Shown here: one piece after another, positions 28,984 through 38,697 of the stretch
Layout: each line of letters opens with the position of its first letter
How positions within the stretch are numbered: the stretch's first letter is position 1
DNA from: a virus
Lineage: Duplodnaviria > Caudoviricetes
Direction: 5' to 3' (one strand)
Length of the DNA: 47,674 nt
Virus record (IMG/VR): IMGVR_UViG_3300016657_000077
Coordinates: 1-47,674 of that record
The notes under the pieces: model-generated
The model's database searches: none
Told to the model about the DNA's origin: nothing
Seen by the model: only the letters and a program-made list of their open reading frames with translations
Made by a program: the position numbers and the translations under genes

Positions 28984-29607
28984 TCAGGCGCCACCGAACA
29001 TGACGTCCATGGTCATCACTAGATCTTCAAAACCACCAACATGACTAGTCCATCGCTGAATAACTTCTTTCAGAGACAGGTGCTGGTCTTCGGCCGGATA
29101 GTTGAAGAACATACGAGCAGCTTCACTCATGTTGCCAGTAGGCTGGATATTGGACTGGGTGATTTCGTAAGTCGGATGACTTTCATCAAACGACAATACA
29201 CGAAGCCATGTAGTACAATCCAGATCACGCTTACCAGTAGTGATGAACTTCATGGTGTCATCCACGAAGCGCGAATGATTGTCCGAGAACATCGGGCTCC
29301 TGTACTGTGCCTGATACCAATAGTAGAACGATTTGGTACCGAAGGCAGAGAGAGCAGCCAGAAGAATGCGTTTACGGAAATCGAAAGACCGCACGATAGC
29401 CAGTTCACGCATTACTACGTCAGCCAATGCATTCACTTCTTCATTGTGCGGATAGATCTCACGACCACCTGTGTTACCAGTAATCACATTCTGAATATTG
29501 GTCAGGTTGACTTGAATGCCGCGATTCACCTTCTTGACTACGGAGAGTTCAGCACCAACAAACCCTCGAGGATAGACCATGAAGGAATTGGATGCTGTAT
29601 CAAGCAT
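28984..29607 (-). CDS. Conserved virion/head protein
   Basis: Start moved to ATG 29607 overlapping upstream stop; YPRGF, FGT...W and IxxWxxxxGGxED motifs; synteny. Confidence 0.65.
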   Translation of the reverse strand: MLDTASNSFMVYPRGFVGAELSVVKKVNRGIQVNLTNIQNVITGNTGGREIYPHNEEVNALADVVMRELAIVRSFDFRKRILLAALSAFGTKSFYYWYQAQYRSPMFSDNHSRFVDDTMKFITTGKRDLDCTTWLRVLSFDESHPTYEITQSNIQPTGNMSEAARMFFNYPAEDQHLSLKEVIQRWTSHVGGFEDLVMTMDVMFGGA

Positions 29608-30499
29608 ACTCTTGCTCCATTTTCTCGATCTCGTAGTTGAGTGCGTTGATACGCGACTCAGCATATTCGATCTCGTTTTGAATCTTGGCATCCGGCTTGC
29701 GTTCCATCAACTTCTCCAGGTTGATCTTACGCAGCTGCAGAACACGGAGTTCTTCTTTAGCAGCATGGTAACGTTTTGCCTGCCATTCAGCCACACGCAT
29801 ACGAATGTGGTAGATGATGTTCAGGTTAACCGGGATGAAGCCCATCTTGAACGGATCAACTGCTTCGCCAAACTGAGCCGGTACTGTCTTAGCGTTTTCC
29901 GGAGTAATCACGATTTCCGGAATCTCGGCCAGCAGCTTACGTGTTGCATCGGGCTTAACGCTCAACGAATTGATCAGCAACACAAAGTTAGCGAAGTTGT
30001 TTTCGAGCCAAGTGATCTCAGCAGGCGACAGGCAGTTCTCGATCTTGTCGATACCGGAATCTTCAAACTTGGAAGTTTCCAGTACGTACACATACATCAG
30101 GAACTTACGCGCATACTTACTCAGGAAAGCACCTGCTTCCAGCAACTGGATCAGGTTAGCCTTACGATAGCTCAGGCCAGCCTTCTCGATGTCGTCGAGG
30201 AATACCTCATCGATCATCTCTTGCGCTACCACCAGGTTACCGTACACGTTTTCCAGCGCATCATTAATGGCAACAATCAGATTGTTCTTGCTGCTACCTT
30301 TGGTCATGCGCTTGTAGGTGTCCAGATAGTGAGCATACTCTTCACTCTGGAACTTAAAGCTCTTGAACAGCTTCTCAGCTTGTTCATATGCCGGCATGGT
30401 CGTGGTCTTCAGTTCCTCGAGCGTGCAGCGAGCATCGTCAGTCAGACGGCTCTTCTCGAAGTTTGGAAGAAGCGACATGATGAATTTGTCGATACGCAT
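29600..30499 (-). CDS. Head/inner-body protein (phiKZ gp90-like)
   Basis: SLLPNF N-terminus, NxIYHIR and C-terminal coiled coil; synteny. Confidence 0.7.
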   Translation of the reverse strand: MRIDKFIMSLLPNFEKSRLTDDARCTLEELKTTTMPAYEQAEKLFKSFKFQSEEYAHYLDTYKRMTKGSSKNNLIVAINDALENVYGNLVVAQEMIDEVFLDDIEKAGLSYRKANLIQLLEAGAFLSKYARKFLMYVYVLETSKFEDSGIDKIENCLSPAEITWLENNFANFVLLINSLSVKPDATRKLLAEIPEIVITPENAKTVPAQFGEAVDPFKMGFIPVNLNIIYHIRMRVAEWQAKRYHAAKEELRVLQLRKINLEKLMERKPDAKIQNEIEYAESRINALNYEIEKMEQEYA

Positions 30500-30521
30500 T
30501 TTTCAAATGTCCCTTGTGGTT

Positions 30522-31256
30522 TTAAATGGAGGGCGAATGGCCCGCGTATGGATCTGCGTAATTCCATCCGGAGAATTCCGGATTTTTACTGGCAATGCGT
30601 TTTATCGCACTATTTGGCTTAATGCCGAATGCGCGCCCAGCATCAGTAACGCTAGGATATTCAACGCCATCAACAATAACCGATCTCGCATTGGTCATAG
30701 CCGCCATTTTACTTTTAGCTCGATGTTCTTCAGTTTGAACGCGGCCGAGCTTAGATTGACGAATTTTCTCTTTAGTCTCGTCAGAGACCACATGTCCCAT
30801 CAAGCTTTGTGATCGACGACGTTTGGTCTCTTCAGAAACATGGCGACCTTTCATCGCTATCGATATCTTCTCACGAGTTTCTTGCGTCGGACTAATTGCG
30901 CTACCGCAGGCGAAGACATCTTTAGCTACATTCATTAAACGAGGATCACCAGCATAGGCATCGATGAGTGTTTGTTCGTAATGCCTAACCATAAGCAATG
31001 GATCCATATTCGTCTTCTCTGGGTGCAATTTTGAAAACGACACCTCAAAGTATGGCGATTTGTCATACGCTTTCTGGAATTCTCGATTGATGTGGTCACC
31101 TCTAGCCAGAGCACTGGTGTGCTGAATAAATCGACCGTAAGCATCGACAGTGCTGCCGATATAAATCTTGCCTGTTTCCAAATGCCGATAGATGTACACA
31201 CCAGCTTCCTTAGTCCCTGATGGAGGGATATAGCCAACAAATGTTTTCTTTATCAC
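30522..31256 (-). CDS. Free-standing GIY-YIG homing endonuclease with NUMOD3-like repeats
   Basis: GVYIYxHxxTGKIYIGST, RxxQH, HxN, EQ, N catalytic motifs; three SxETK/RxKIS repeats; C-terminal IVDGVEYPSVTDA HTH-like segment. Confidence 0.9.
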   Translation of the reverse strand: MIKKTFVGYIPPSGTKEAGVYIYRHLETGKIYIGSTVDAYGRFIQHTSALARGDHINREFQKAYDKSPYFEVSFSKLHPEKTNMDPLLMVRHYEQTLIDAYAGDPRLMNVAKDVFACGSAISPTQETREKISIAMKGRHVSEETKRRRSQSLMGHVVSDETKEKIRQSKLGRVQTEEHRAKSKMAAMTNARSVIVDGVEYPSVTDAGRAFGIKPNSAIKRIASKNPEFSGWNYADPYAGHSPSI

Positions 31257-31269
31257 TCCACGGTTCCTT

Positions 31270-32481
31270 TTAAAGGGAGGGACTGTTACCTAATTGGTAC
31301 GCTTTCAAAATTTCGCCAACATCCGGACCATTACCTTTAGCAGCCATCTTCATATCACGGAAGGACACAGTGGTGGTTTCCGGAATAGAACGATGATAAA
31401 AGGTAACACGGTCCCAACGCTTGTCAATCACCGCAACGATCATCAGCGAAGTTTCGGCGAAGATCTTTTCACGTTGAGCAAAGTTCTTGAACTGGTAATT
31501 GGTTTCCAGTTCCAGTTCAGCCAGAGTAGTGTCGGACAACACCACCATGTTGGAAGCAGTAGCTACCGATGGGTTACCCGACAGCACGGTGGACAACTGA
31601 TTCTTGCGCTTACGGTCGATAATGCTAGCATACATGCCAGTCTTATCGTTCATCAGTTTCTTACGATGTGCTTCGATCAGATCCTGACAGAAGATCATGT
31701 CTTTGATCGTAGCCAGGCGACCGGCTTTCCACTGATGCCAACGGCTACCGTTGTCTACTTCTTTATCACTCTCGGATAAAATATGAACGAGAGCGGCAGA
31801 AGGGATACTGTTAGCCAACAGGCGAATAGTAACCGGGATAGTCGCTTTTGCATTACCGTCAGTAATTTCTACCGACAGGATCTTACCAACCGACAGGTTA
31901 GCAACTTCAGCAACAGCGCGGCCTGCGTCTTTACCGACAGACATACCGGCAGCGGATTTGCCAGCTTCCTTGTCATTACTTTTCTTCAGACTGGCGTTGA
32001 GCCTTGCTGCTTCAGCCTCAGCTTCAGCTTTAGTGGCTTCCAGTCCCAGTGCTTCCAGACCGTATTTAACCGGGCCGCCCTTAATGCTCGGTAGGCCATG
32101 GGCATAGCTTTCAGTAGCCAGTAGCTTCGACATGCCAGCCATCAGACCAGCACCAGCGGCCGCACCATCAAGAGCTGCATCCAATGGATCGCGGTTCGGG
32201 TTCAGTTTACCCAACTGACCCATCACGCTGATGTTGCCAATAGTGGCAGATACAGCTACAGCTTGCAGGTAGTAACCAGCAAAGATCGACTGCAGCGACT
32301 GCATCAGATCAGGCAGGCCGTCATGGAACATGCAATCGGAATCGATCAGTACGATCGGCTCCACTCGCATCGGTTTGGTGTATTCGATCAGAGAGCCTGC
32401 ACGTGCAGAGCGCATCAGATCGGTAGTATTCTTAAGAGCAGTCAGACCGACGGTCGCTGCAACTGCTGCACCAATAGTCAT
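31270..32481 (-). CDS. Head/inner-body protein (phiKZ gp89-like)
   Basis: SLxEYTKxxRVEPxxLID, FAGYYLQA, LxxLNP, NLSVGK, DxIFCQDLI motifs; ATE/GLE cleavage sites. Confidence 0.75.
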   Translation of the reverse strand: MTIGAAVAATVGLTALKNTTDLMRSARAGSLIEYTKPMRVEPIVLIDSDCMFHDGLPDLMQSLQSIFAGYYLQAVAVSATIGNISVMGQLGKLNPNRDPLDAALDGAAAGAGLMAGMSKLLATESYAHGLPSIKGGPVKYGLEALGLEATKAEAEAEAARLNASLKKSNDKEAGKSAAGMSVGKDAGRAVAEVANLSVGKILSVEITDGNAKATIPVTIRLLANSIPSAALVHILSESDKEVDNGSRWHQWKAGRLATIKDMIFCQDLIEAHRKKLMNDKTGMYASIIDRKRKNQLSTVLSGNPSVATASNMVVLSDTTLAELELETNYQFKNFAQREKIFAETSLMIVAVIDKRWDRVTFYHRSIPETTTVSFRDMKMAAKGNGPDVGEILKAYQLGNSPSL

Positions 32482-32508
32482 GATGTAGATCCTTTATCAG
32501 GAATTGAA

Positions 32509-35500
32509 ATGAATAATCCGCAGACTTTGAACTTGGATGATCTGGTACGTCAGCTCTACAACAAGAACATTGATAATGCTCTTGACATGGTGCTACGTAC
32601 AACGCCGTCCGGGTCTATCGATAAGGCTATTGGTAATGCCATGTATGGCTTTAACCATCGCCAACAGCCAGGTGCCATCCCAGTCAATAAAGACTATTAT
32701 GGCTATACGTTTTTTACACGCCCCAATCTGAACCTGACCAGCAACAACCTGAGAGCGCATCGTATTATGAATTCGCTACTCACTAATGGTCCGAACTCAA
32801 TGCAACGAATTATTCGCTGTATTTTGGATCCGGATTTGGGACGTCGTGAGGTAGGTGTCAAGACAGATTTTGTCGATAACCGGCAGGCCTTCATACCCAT
32901 TTTGTCAAATACGCTCATATCGTTAAGCGGATGGCCTGATATCAGCCCTCCGGTACACGTTACGCAGCAGGGTATTTATAAAGAAGAACACTCGTGGCTG
33001 GACTCTCCGGTAGCCTACAACTCTACATTTGAGATCTCTCTGAACATGCGAAATGTGCCGGGTAATCCAGTTGTACAGTTGTTCTTTTACTGGCTGTGGT
33101 ATATGTCTTTGGTGTACCTTGGTGTCATGGTTCCGTATCCGGAAAACAACATCATGACACGTATCGATTACAATACTCGTATCTACCGTCTTGTCATGGA
33201 TGAATCCAAACAATACGTGCGCGGTATTGCAGCATCGGGTGCGAGCTTCCCAAAGAGCTGTCCAGTTGGCGCGATGTTCAACTTTGAATCTGATCATCCG
33301 ATTAACCCAGAGTTACATCAGTTAACGATTAACATGCAATGTATCGGTGCTCAATTCTTCGACGATATTCTTATTGAAGAATTTAACCGCACATCCGTTA
33401 TGTTTAACCCGACATTTGCTGACGGGAAAAGAGAGAAGCTATACCATAAACTCTCTCAGACAGAATTGCCGTATTTTAACAACGTGGGTTATCCTCGAAT
33501 TAACCCAGATACGCTTGAGCTGGAATGGTGGGTAGACAATGACCATTACAATGCGCTCATCTCTACAGCCAAACCTACTCTCAAAAAGAGGATTAACATG
33601 TCATCGTCTTTACTGCAATCGATTCTTGACAATCAGTACAATCCAATTGGCATGCAACGGGTCATACTGGATAACCTCGTCACCACCACTAATGGCGACA
33701 TCACGGTAGTGGATACCACTAACCCGGTGATGTTTACTTTGAATTCTGCTACACAGTTGGTAGCGGCATTCATGGAAAAGAACGAGGCTAATAGCCGTAA
33801 GCAGTATTCGTCACTGGCACAGACAGTAGAAGAACTCTACCACCACATGTCTGACCAAGACTACATCAATCGTTTTGCGATGCCCAGTAGAACGAAGATT
33901 ACGGTAGCACTGACGTTACAAGAACTGCAAACCAAATTGGTACTGGACAATGAAACAGGGGTCATGAAGATTGTGATCCCACGTAACTCCACGTTCACTG
34001 TCGCTGGGGTAACGTTCAGTATTCAGTACCCAATTGAAATCCGCCAATTGCTCCATGGTGGTTTCCATGTGGTTTACGATACCACGGTAAGTTCTCCTCT
34101 CCAAGAACTGGAGACTAACTTGCTGGACTGGAAGATCGTTAACTATGCCGGTGAAGATTGGATGATGATCGAGATCGACGTCTTCCAATTTAAAGTATCG
34201 TCCTTTACTCAGCCGCTCACTTCGGCAGCGGCCTTTGTATTGGACGTACCTATTTCGGATCAGTTCTACTATGCACGAGTTTATACGCAGCTCGATGATG
34301 GTAGTTGGACTGAGATCTCTACCACCCATAGTGACCAGGTATACGACGTGAAGACGCCTACTGCGGCGTTGAAACTAGTAGGTAACGTACTGAACGTGAC
34401 GATCCCGCAGATCTACACCAATACGGATATCCTGACTGGCTACATTCGTGTCGATGTCTACGAAACGTTGGGCGGTATCGAAATGAGCATGGGTGTTTAC
34501 CCGGCGGCTAACTACACAGCAAAGTGGGAAGCAATTGATAAGGTCGACAACACCATTTTTGTAGCGCCGATTCGTAACATGCGATCGATTCAGATCTTTT
34601 CGAATGGCACAACGTACGGTGGTCGGAATCAATTGTCGTTCGATGAACTGCGTAAGCGGGTCATCAATAACGATACTGGACCGCAGGTTATTCCGATTAC
34701 TCCGTCTCAAGCTCAGGCTGCATTGCAGGATTCTGGCTACGAGATCGTAAAGAACATCGATAACCTCACAGATCGCGTGTTCTTGGCCACTAGAACGCTG
34801 CCTAAGCCGAAAAACGAGAAGCTGATCACCGCAGCATCTCTTGGGATCGAAATGATCACCACGAGCCTAGAAAACGCCTTAGCGGTGAGTACAGTAATTG
34901 ACAATGGTAAGTCGGTTACGATCACGCCGGACACTCTTTACGAGTCCAACGCCGGTATTATTGGAATTGTGCCCGATGCCAAGAAGCTGATGTTACTACA
35001 AATGCCGCCGGATAAGCGAGCACTGTCGGTAACCAATGCTAACTTGTACTACTCGCCCTTCCATTATGTGCTCGATACCAACAAGGACGAATTTGATTCT
35101 CGGCCGTACTATCTGGATGGGCCTAGCATTGTATCGAAGACCTTTGTTCAGGAAAACGATACCACACTGATGCAAGTCGTGGTGGATTCTTTCTCCATCG
35201 AACGTACGGTCAGCGGTTACAAGTTGATCGTCATGGTAGCATCTAGTGACGAGTACAAAGCACTACCGGATAGTGAAGTGTTTGTTCAGTTGAGTTATGT
35301 CCCTTCTGGTGAACGTAACCGTGCTTATCTGAATGGCACATTGGTTGGGGTGGATCCAAACTCGAAAGAACGGGTATTTGAATTTGACCTGTCGTCGAAC
35401 ATGAATGTAACGGCAGATGACATGCTGCAACTGACCATGTTCAAGATGTACACTCAGGATCAGATTCTCACGGACATCCCGTTGCTTAGCACATTCGATG

Positions 35501-36504
35501 TCGTGTTTGGCATTACGCAGACTCCGGGTACGCAGTGGTTGCCAAATTCTGTCGATAGCATGTTGGGTAAGTTGTTCTTGCCAAGTCGCGTTTACGGCAT
35601 CTCGCATGAACGACTGACTGTTCGTTTTGGTTATGTACTAAAAGCACTATGGTCGAAATCCCGCAGTGTAGCATCCACCATCACTTACGAAACCTACCCT
35701 GATGATGTACCGCTGCTATATCAGAGCGACATCTATGAGATCGATCCGGCAACCGGCAGTGCAATCACCATTGATGATGATGGCGAGATCCACTACAACA
35801 TCCTGCACAATAAGGGTGATCCGGTATTGAATGCCGATGGCGCACCAATGGTCAAATATCGTAAGGGTGATGTGATCATTTCGGCTGCGACTGGTCGTCC
35901 GGTAATTCACGCACCTCGCACTATTCTACGACAATTCAGTTTGATGTTGGTGGAAGGTGCTTATTGGTTTGCGACTGACAGTACCAGTGTAGCGTATCGT
36001 AGTGAAATTAACGATACAGTTATTAACTGGCTGACGAATGACTTGACTTCTATTCAGAAGCGGCTCTTGGAGAAGACTCGTCTGTACTTCTATCCAAAAG
36101 CCAGTCTGGGTGAAATTCAGGTCATGGTGGGTTCGGGTCAACTGAACCGTATCCAAGCAGGTCAAGCATTCCAAGTACTGCTGACAGTAAGTGGCGCTGT
36201 ATACACCAACCCCAAACTGCGGATTCAGTTGGAAAAGACTACCGTACAAGTTATCAGTGAATCACTGAAGCAAGAGACTGTGTCGATCAGTCAGATCATC
36301 TCTCAGTTGCGTGAGCAATACGGTAGTGATGTGATTGATGTTCGCATTAGTGGTTTGGGTGGTGCTGCTAACTATCCGGCTCTGACCGTAGTAGATGGTG
36401 CTAGTCGTTGCAGTCTACGTAAGCGTTTGGTGGCGCAAGGTGATGCATCCTTGATCGTTGAGGAAGACGTGACCATTACCTTTGTGAAACACGAACTCTC
36501 GTAA
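32509..36504 (+). CDS. Fused tail/baseplate structural protein (phiKZ gp88-like + gp87-like)
   Basis: ATG 32509 with AGGA SD; N-part has GYTFFTRPxLNL, IDYxTRIYRL, GYPRIN...LEWW; no stop before second domain starting at ATG 33598 with its own GAGGA SD. Confidence 0.75.
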   Translation: MNNPQTLNLDDLVRQLYNKNIDNALDMVLRTTPSGSIDKAIGNAMYGFNHRQQPGAIPVNKDYYGYTFFTRPNLNLTSNNLRAHRIMNSLLTNGPNSMQRIIRCILDPDLGRREVGVKTDFVDNRQAFIPILSNTLISLSGWPDISPPVHVTQQGIYKEEHSWLDSPVAYNSTFEISLNMRNVPGNPVVQLFFYWLWYMSLVYLGVMVPYPENNIMTRIDYNTRIYRLVMDESKQYVRGIAASGASFPKSCPVGAMFNFESDHPINPELHQLTINMQCIGAQFFDDILIEEFNRTSVMFNPTFADGKREKLYHKLSQTELPYFNNVGYPRINPDTLELEWWVDNDHYNALISTAKPTLKKRINMSSSLLQSILDNQYNPIGMQRVILDNLVTTTNGDITVVDTTNPVMFTLNSATQLVAAFMEKNEANSRKQYSSLAQTVEELYHHMSDQDYINRFAMPSRTKITVALTLQELQTKLVLDNETGVMKIVIPRNSTFTVAGVTFSIQYPIEIRQLLHGGFHVVYDTTVSSPLQELETNLLDWKIVNYAGEDWMMIEIDVFQFKVSSFTQPLTSAAAFVLDVPISDQFYYARVYTQLDDGSWTEISTTHSDQVYDVKTPTAALKLVGNVLNVTIPQIYTNTDILTGYIRVDVYETLGGIEMSMGVYPAANYTAKWEAIDKVDNTIFVAPIRNMRSIQIFSNGTTYGGRNQLSFDELRKRVINNDTGPQVIPITPSQAQAALQDSGYEIVKNIDNLTDRVFLATRTLPKPKNEKLITAASLGIEMITTSLENALAVSTVIDNGKSVTITPDTLYESNAGIIGIVPDAKKLMLLQMPPDKRALSVTNANLYYSPFHYVLDTNKDEFDSRPYYLDGPSIVSKTFVQENDTTLMQVVVDSFSIERTVSGYKLIVMVASSDEYKALPDSEVFVQLSYVPSGERNRAYLNGTLVGVDPNSKERVFEFDLSSNMNVTADDMLQLTMFKMYTQDQILTDIPLLSTFDVVFGITQTPGTQWLPNSVDSMLGKLFLPSRVYGISHERLTVRFGYVLKALWSKSRSVASTITYETYPDDVPLLYQSDIYEIDPATGSAITIDDDGEIHYNILHNKGDPVLNADGAPMVKYRKGDVIISAATGRPVIHAPRTILRQFSLMLVEGAYWFATDSTSVAYRSEINDTVINWLTNDLTSIQKRLLEKTRLYFYPKASLGEIQVMVGSGQLNRIQAGQAFQVLLTVSGAVYTNPKLRIQLEKTTVQVISESLKQETVSISQIISQLREQYGSDVIDVRISGLGGAANYPALTVVDGASRCSLRKRLVAQGDASLIVEEDVTITFVKHELS

Positions 36505-36519
36505 GCAAAAAAAAAAGAC

Positions 36520-36561
36520 CGACATAAAGCCCAGTGGGGAAACCCACTGGGCGATATGCCG
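36520..36561. terminator. Bidirectional terminator between convergent genes
   Basis: GCCCAGTGGG-GAAA-CCCACTGGGC flanked by CGACATA and TATGCCG; A10 run at 36507-36516. Confidence 0.85.
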
Positions 36562-36567
36562 TAAGGC

Positions 36568-38229
36568 TTAGTCTTCGCGTTCGTAAATGCCAGCTGCTTT
36601 CATAGCGGCCTTTGCAATACGCATGAACAGTTTGCGGCGGTCAGTTGCCAACATCGTGTTCACCGGACCCATGATGTCCTTGAGACGCTTTTCCAGCTCA
36701 TCTTGCATGAACAATGCCTTGATGTCGTATTCGCCCTTGTCATCCTTCATCGGCGTCAGGCGACGTAGGAAGTTAGCGTAGTATTCGGAAATAGAAATAC
36801 CTTTCCAAATATCGCGACGCCAATCTTCACAGTCGCGCTGAATCAATACCGAAATATCAGTCAGGCAGCGAACAATATCTTGCACACGATTCAATTCAGG
36901 CTTTACCAAAGCACGAGTATCGTCCGTCATGGTAAAACGCGGCATGGATGCGCGGAAGGTAGGATCAGTAAGCTGTTGCAAATCTTCTATCATAGCAGAC
37001 GATTCACCCAGCAAATTGATGGTATCCGAACGACGAGCGTACAGATCATCCGCAACCCCCAACGGCGTACGACTAGCGGCTTTTTGCACCAGCTGAGTTA
37101 CTTGCTTGATATCAGAGATACGGATCTTAACAGAACGACCCATTGCCTGTTCACGCAATTCACCCAAATAAGCCAGCGCATCGCTAGGCGACAGTCGACG
37201 ACCACGTACCATTACCGTGTAATCATTGAGCATCGTTGTCTTCAGGTTGTACAACTCAGGCTTAAATGGCACCCCTTGTTGTTCAGCCTTCAATGCTGCA
37301 GCGACATCACGAGACAACCCCTTTTGAATCTCATCGTCATTCATGATCGACAAGATAGACTCGCGGTTATCTTTAGTGTCTTGTAGCAACTGATGCGCAA
37401 TGTCGTAGATCTGAGTGGCTACTTCACCAACAGCATGGTGATAGTCCATGTTGAAATGAATCGACTTGGACAACGCAGTAGACACGCACAGTTCATCATC
37501 ACGTTTACCATGGCGTTGGTAGAACAGTTCGAAAGCTTTGAAGAAGTCACGTACGTCGTAGATCTCTAGATCATCGCCACCCATTACGATCTTGCAGGCA
37601 ATCTTGTTACCTGCCAGGATCTTGTGGATACGATCAGCAGAAGTCTCTACTTCCTTGCTGGTCTTTACTGCAGCCTCAGCCAGGACTTTGTTGACTTCAC
37701 TTTCTTCTTTCGCCGTTGGCCCATCGTTAATCACTTTGGAGATGTCTTTTGCTTTGACATCCTTTGGCGGCTCATCGGTCTTCTTACCACCAAACATCCA
37801 ATGCAGTGCGCGCCAGATCAAACCCAACAATACTGCGGCAGCTGCTGCAATCAATGCGGCCAAACCTTTATTGAAGGATTCGGTAGCTTGACGTAGTCGG
37901 GTAGCTGTCGGAAATTCGGTATACACCTTAAGCGAGATACCGCTGTCGAACTCCGGATAGATGCGACGTGCTTCGGCAGCAATACGACGAGAGATCGCCG
38001 TAGTGTTCGACACTTCACGACTCAAGATAGACAACTCATTTACATCCAGCATGTAGTTCTCAAAAGAAACTACCGCATCTTTGAGGTCAATGGTCAACTC
38101 AGCTTCGTCGGCCACTTCTTCAACTACTGGATTATAGTCATGTTCATCCACCTGAGCTTCCGGAACTTCAACATTAACCTCGCTTGATGTCGAATCGATA
38201 TCTTCGTCACACCAGGCGTTAAGGCTCAT
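36568..38229 (-). CDS. Virion head protein with cleavable propeptide
   Basis: Start ATG 38229 with AAGGA SD; acidic N-terminus, YTExPT...ATES site then hydrophobic Ala-rich segment. Confidence 0.7.
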   Translation of the reverse strand: MSLNAWCDEDIDSTSSEVNVEVPEAQVDEHDYNPVVEEVADEAELTIDLKDAVVSFENYMLDVNELSILSREVSNTTAISRRIAAEARRIYPEFDSGISLKVYTEFPTATRLRQATESFNKGLAALIAAAAAVLLGLIWRALHWMFGGKKTDEPPKDVKAKDISKVINDGPTAKEESEVNKVLAEAAVKTSKEVETSADRIHKILAGNKIACKIVMGGDDLEIYDVRDFFKAFELFYQRHGKRDDELCVSTALSKSIHFNMDYHHAVGEVATQIYDIAHQLLQDTKDNRESILSIMNDDEIQKGLSRDVAAALKAEQQGVPFKPELYNLKTTMLNDYTVMVRGRRLSPSDALAYLGELREQAMGRSVKIRISDIKQVTQLVQKAASRTPLGVADDLYARRSDTINLLGESSAMIEDLQQLTDPTFRASMPRFTMTDDTRALVKPELNRVQDIVRCLTDISVLIQRDCEDWRRDIWKGISISEYYANFLRRLTPMKDDKGEYDIKALFMQDELEKRLKDIMGPVNTMLATDRRKLFMRIAKAAMKAAGIYERED

Positions 38230-38230
38230 G

Positions 38231-38680
38231 TTAGTCTTCCTTAAAGCAGGCCGACAGGCAGTCGGATACGCGGTAGATCTCGGTGCTATGCTTTGCCAAG
38301 AAAGCATGCTGCTCACGAGTGAAGTAACGACCTACTTGCGAGGCACCGCAGAAGAAATCGAATACCGGAATATGGCCAGGGGCAACCGATGGGAACAGAG
38401 TATGGTAACGTACCATCCAGTAGGAACGCACCAGTTCACGCGCTTCACGCACATCGAACACCACCACTTCGTTGATCTGGCCGATCAATTCCATCACGCC
38501 TAGGCCGGAGGTGTTGTTGAAATGCAGGGTGGTATCTGCTACTGGAGCCGACGGCAGCGGCAGGTCTTTGGCAATCGTCCATGCTACGGTATGCATGACG
38601 AGGTCGGAACGGGTAGCCAGATCGGTAAAGCACTTCTGTACGGCTTCGGCAAACGGAGCCATTTTCTGAGAAACAAACAT
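38231..38680 (-). CDS. Conserved small virion protein
   Basis: 149-aa ORF with AAGGA SD, INE...W.VRY motif, synteny. Confidence 0.65.
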   Translation of the reverse strand: MFVSQKMAPFAEAVQKCFTDLATRSDLVMHTVAWTIAKDLPLPSAPVADTTLHFNNTSGLGVMELIGQINEVVVFDVREARELVRSYWMVRYHTLFPSVAPGHIPVFDFFCGASQVGRYFTREQHAFLAKHSTEIYRVSDCLSACFKED

Positions 38681-38697
38681 GTTTTTTTCCTTATTGA

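Noticed and set aside
30500-31270. Intron or intein around the GIY-YIG gene
   Set aside because: Flanking genes are complete and spacers too short for a ribozyme core
32263-32508. N-terminal extension of the 1413-aa ORF
   Set aside because: Overlaps the opposite-strand gp89-like gene; ATG 32509 has the SD
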